From Isurus oxyrinchus (Eukaryota): a stretch of DNA of 64,000 nt. Numbering within the stretch: position 1 is the first letter of the stretch; each line of letters begins with the position of its first letter. The position numbers and the translations under genes were made by a program. The stretch covers positions 62,001 through 126,000 of the forward strand of contig JANJGN010000024.1 in the NCBI GenBank assembly GCA_026770705.1, written 5' to 3'. The notes under the pieces were generated by a model that worked only from the letters and a program-made list of their open reading frames with translations, was not told where the DNA came from and did not search any database. This document shows, one piece after another, positions 61,701 through 64,000 of the stretch.

Positions 61701-62435
61701 AGGACCTTTTCCCTGTGTTTTGTGCAGCCTTCAGACTAAATTGATGGTCAGGTTTCACACGCAATGGACACATTACTGATGCCTGCAGCTCAATGGTGCT
61801 TGTCATTGCTGCAAGAATGTTGTGGGCAGGCATCATTAAGTTCTGTCATTCTCTCTGTGTGCTCTCAGCACCTCTGAGGTAGGATTAGTACCCCGTGGCC
61901 CCCCCACCCCCATCATCACTTCAGCATCTGTGACCAGTGATGCTGTGCTCCTGAAGGGGTCAGGTACTGAAGGCTGACAAAGGATCAAATGCATTTACAG
62001 TTTCACAGCTAGTACCGACCTGCGACAGCTTGCTGTGGCTCTTCAGCAGCATGTTCAGGTTCCCTAGCCGCTCCTCTTCCTAAGAGTGCTGTTCCTCCAA
62101 CTGCCCAGCTAGATCCTCCGTTGCTCTCTTCTCTTTCGTCTTCACTCTCTCTAAGCCATGAGTCATACAACTAGATCGCCAGGCTCCATGCCCCTGATGT
62201 GCTCCTGCAGGATGAAAGAGAGATGTGTGGGCTAATTGGATGTACTAAGAATCTCTCTTTAGTTATGTCTGAAGGCCCCTGAATGCATCCCAGAGAGTGC
62301 TGGTCACCACTTGGATGGCCAGAGTTTAGTGCACTACATAAAAACAAAAAAACTGCAGATGCTGGAAATCCAAAACAAAAACAGAATTACCTGGAAAAAC
62401 TCAGCAGGTCCGGCAGCATCGGCGGAGAAGAAAAG

Positions 62436-62474
62436 AGTTGACGTTTCGAGTCCTCATGACCCTTTGACAGAACT
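62436..62474 (-). ncRNA. Hammerhead-like motif with G8A change
   Basis: Reverse complement AGTTCTGTCAAAGGGTCATGAGGACTCGAAACGTCAACT. Confidence 0.5.
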
Positions 62475-62790
62475 TGAGTTCGAGTCCAAGAAAGAGTTGA
62501 AATATAAGCTGGTTTAAGGTGTGTGTGTTGGGGGGCGGAGAGATAGAGAGAGAGAGAGGTGGGGGGGGGGAGGTGGGGGGGTGTGGTTCTGTGGACAAAC
62601 AAGCAGTGATAGAAGCAGATCATCAAAAGATGTCAAAGACAATGGTACAATAGAACACATAGGTGTTAAAGTTAAAGTTGGTGATATTATTCTTTAACTT
62701 TAACACCTATGTGTTCTATTGTACCATTGTCATTGACATCTTTTGATGATCTGCTTCTATCACTGCTTGTTTGTCCATACAACCACACCC

Positions 62791-62821
<31 letters not shown>

Positions 62822-62896
62822 ATCTCTATCTCTCCGCCCCCCACACACACACCTTAAACCAGCTTATATTTCAACTCTTTCTTGGACTCGAACTCA

Positions 62897-62935
62897 AGTT
62901 CTGTCGAAGGGTCATGAAGACTCGAAACGTCAACT
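62897..62935 (+). ncRNA. Hammerhead-like motif (U6 core)
   Basis: AGTTCTGTCGAAGGGTCATGAAGACTCGAAACGTCAACT. Confidence 0.68.
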
Positions 62936-64000
62936 CTTTTCTTCTCCGCCAATGCTGCCAGACCTGCTGAGTTTTTCCAGGTAATTCTGTTTTTGTTTTA
63001 GTGCACTACGTGGCTGCTCAAGGCCCCACCCAACTCTGCCTTACTCCCCCTGACCAACTGGCGGCAGCTTCATTCACTTTACTGCAGGCTGTGCCCTCAG
63101 CTCAGGCGCAGACATTCTCCTAACCCACACTGTTAGCTGGAACCACGGGGGAGACTGGTCCAAACTGGAATGATGACATCGCAAAGGGCTGTGAGCACCT
63201 CCAACAGTCACTGCTCTGTGGCAGCTTTCAGAAGGAGATTGTACAACGCGCCCACTTATGCAATTGTTCTGCAGTCTACTAAAATTCTCATTAGCTTGCA
63301 GTCTGTGCTCAAGAGGTGAAAAGCTCTGGAGCATTTGGTGGCTCTTTCATGCCTCTGCGTTGCTTGAGTGAGCACATAAGCTAGAGGCCTGACTCCAAGC
63401 ATGTCAATGCGGCTGCGTCTGAACTGTCTCAGCTGCAGAGGAATAGTCACTTTATAAAAGGTTTCATTAATGCGTGGCCACTCTCCTGCCCCCCCCCGCC
63501 CCCACCCCCTCCCAACTCCGCACGTGCTTATGCACCAACATCAACTGCAGTGCAGACCTCCTGACCCAAACAGATTCCATGGATTTCACAAAACCCCACC
63601 CAGACATTTTTCACATTGTGAGCCAACCAATCTCACTGAAACATTGCCTTCTCATGAGGGTTTCCAATCTCCACTTTTGAAGATCTCATCTTGGAATTCT
63701 TTCCAAAAGTCGCTCCCACTCAGACGCCTTCAGCAATGGCCCTCCTCATAGGGTTTCAATCTCGCCTTCCAAAATTCCTTTCTCCTGGATCTCTGAGTAC
63801 ACTCAAGCTATACCTTCCAAGCCCAGTTTCAGACCTTCGCCATGCCAAGCAGAGCGCCACTTCTCCAAGTGGTACCTTTGACCCAATGGCCCGCAGCATG
63901 AAGTCACCAACCTTCGGCTGCCTCCTCGGATCTTCAGGGCTTCTCTCGTGCCCACTTCACTCAAAGTCTCTCCCTGCAGCCCTTTCTTAAAGTTGGAGCC

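Larger units (their letters stand above)
62338..62996. mobile_element. Penelope-like element, fold-back of two 3' ends
   Basis: 62338-62690 inverted relative to 62692-62996; TSD TTTAGTGCACTAC at 62325-62337 and 62997-63009. Confidence 0.9.

Overview
Eukaryotic, repeat-rich vertebrate DNA. The repeat families suggest a cartilaginous fish (shark); this is an inference. One host gene is visible on the + strand: a type-I membrane Ig-superfamily receptor resembling Siglec/CD22/MAG. It has two Ig-domain exons (5220-5522, 8797-9117), a transmembrane exon (13847-13948) and a candidate 28-nt cytoplasmic micro-exon (42574-42601); no 5' exons were found in the window. The rest is mostly transposons: CR1 and L2 LINEs, an APE-LINE with its partner tRNA-SINE, Deu-type SINEs, PIF/Harbinger elements and MITEs (often with 3-bp TSDs), a decayed Gypsy element and six Penelope-like element (PLE) insertions. 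Most notable: (1) nine copies of a minimal type-I hammerhead-ribozyme-like motif in the PLE 3' ends, all with U instead of A at core position 6 (CUGUYGA); eight sit in four fold-back insertions bounded by 11-15 bp TSDs. (2) A Gypsy element whose pol is largely replaced by a UACA/RAI14-like coiled-coil segment. (3) A Harbinger MITE family built from a chain of stem-loops. Family names are from motif recognition only; no database search was run.
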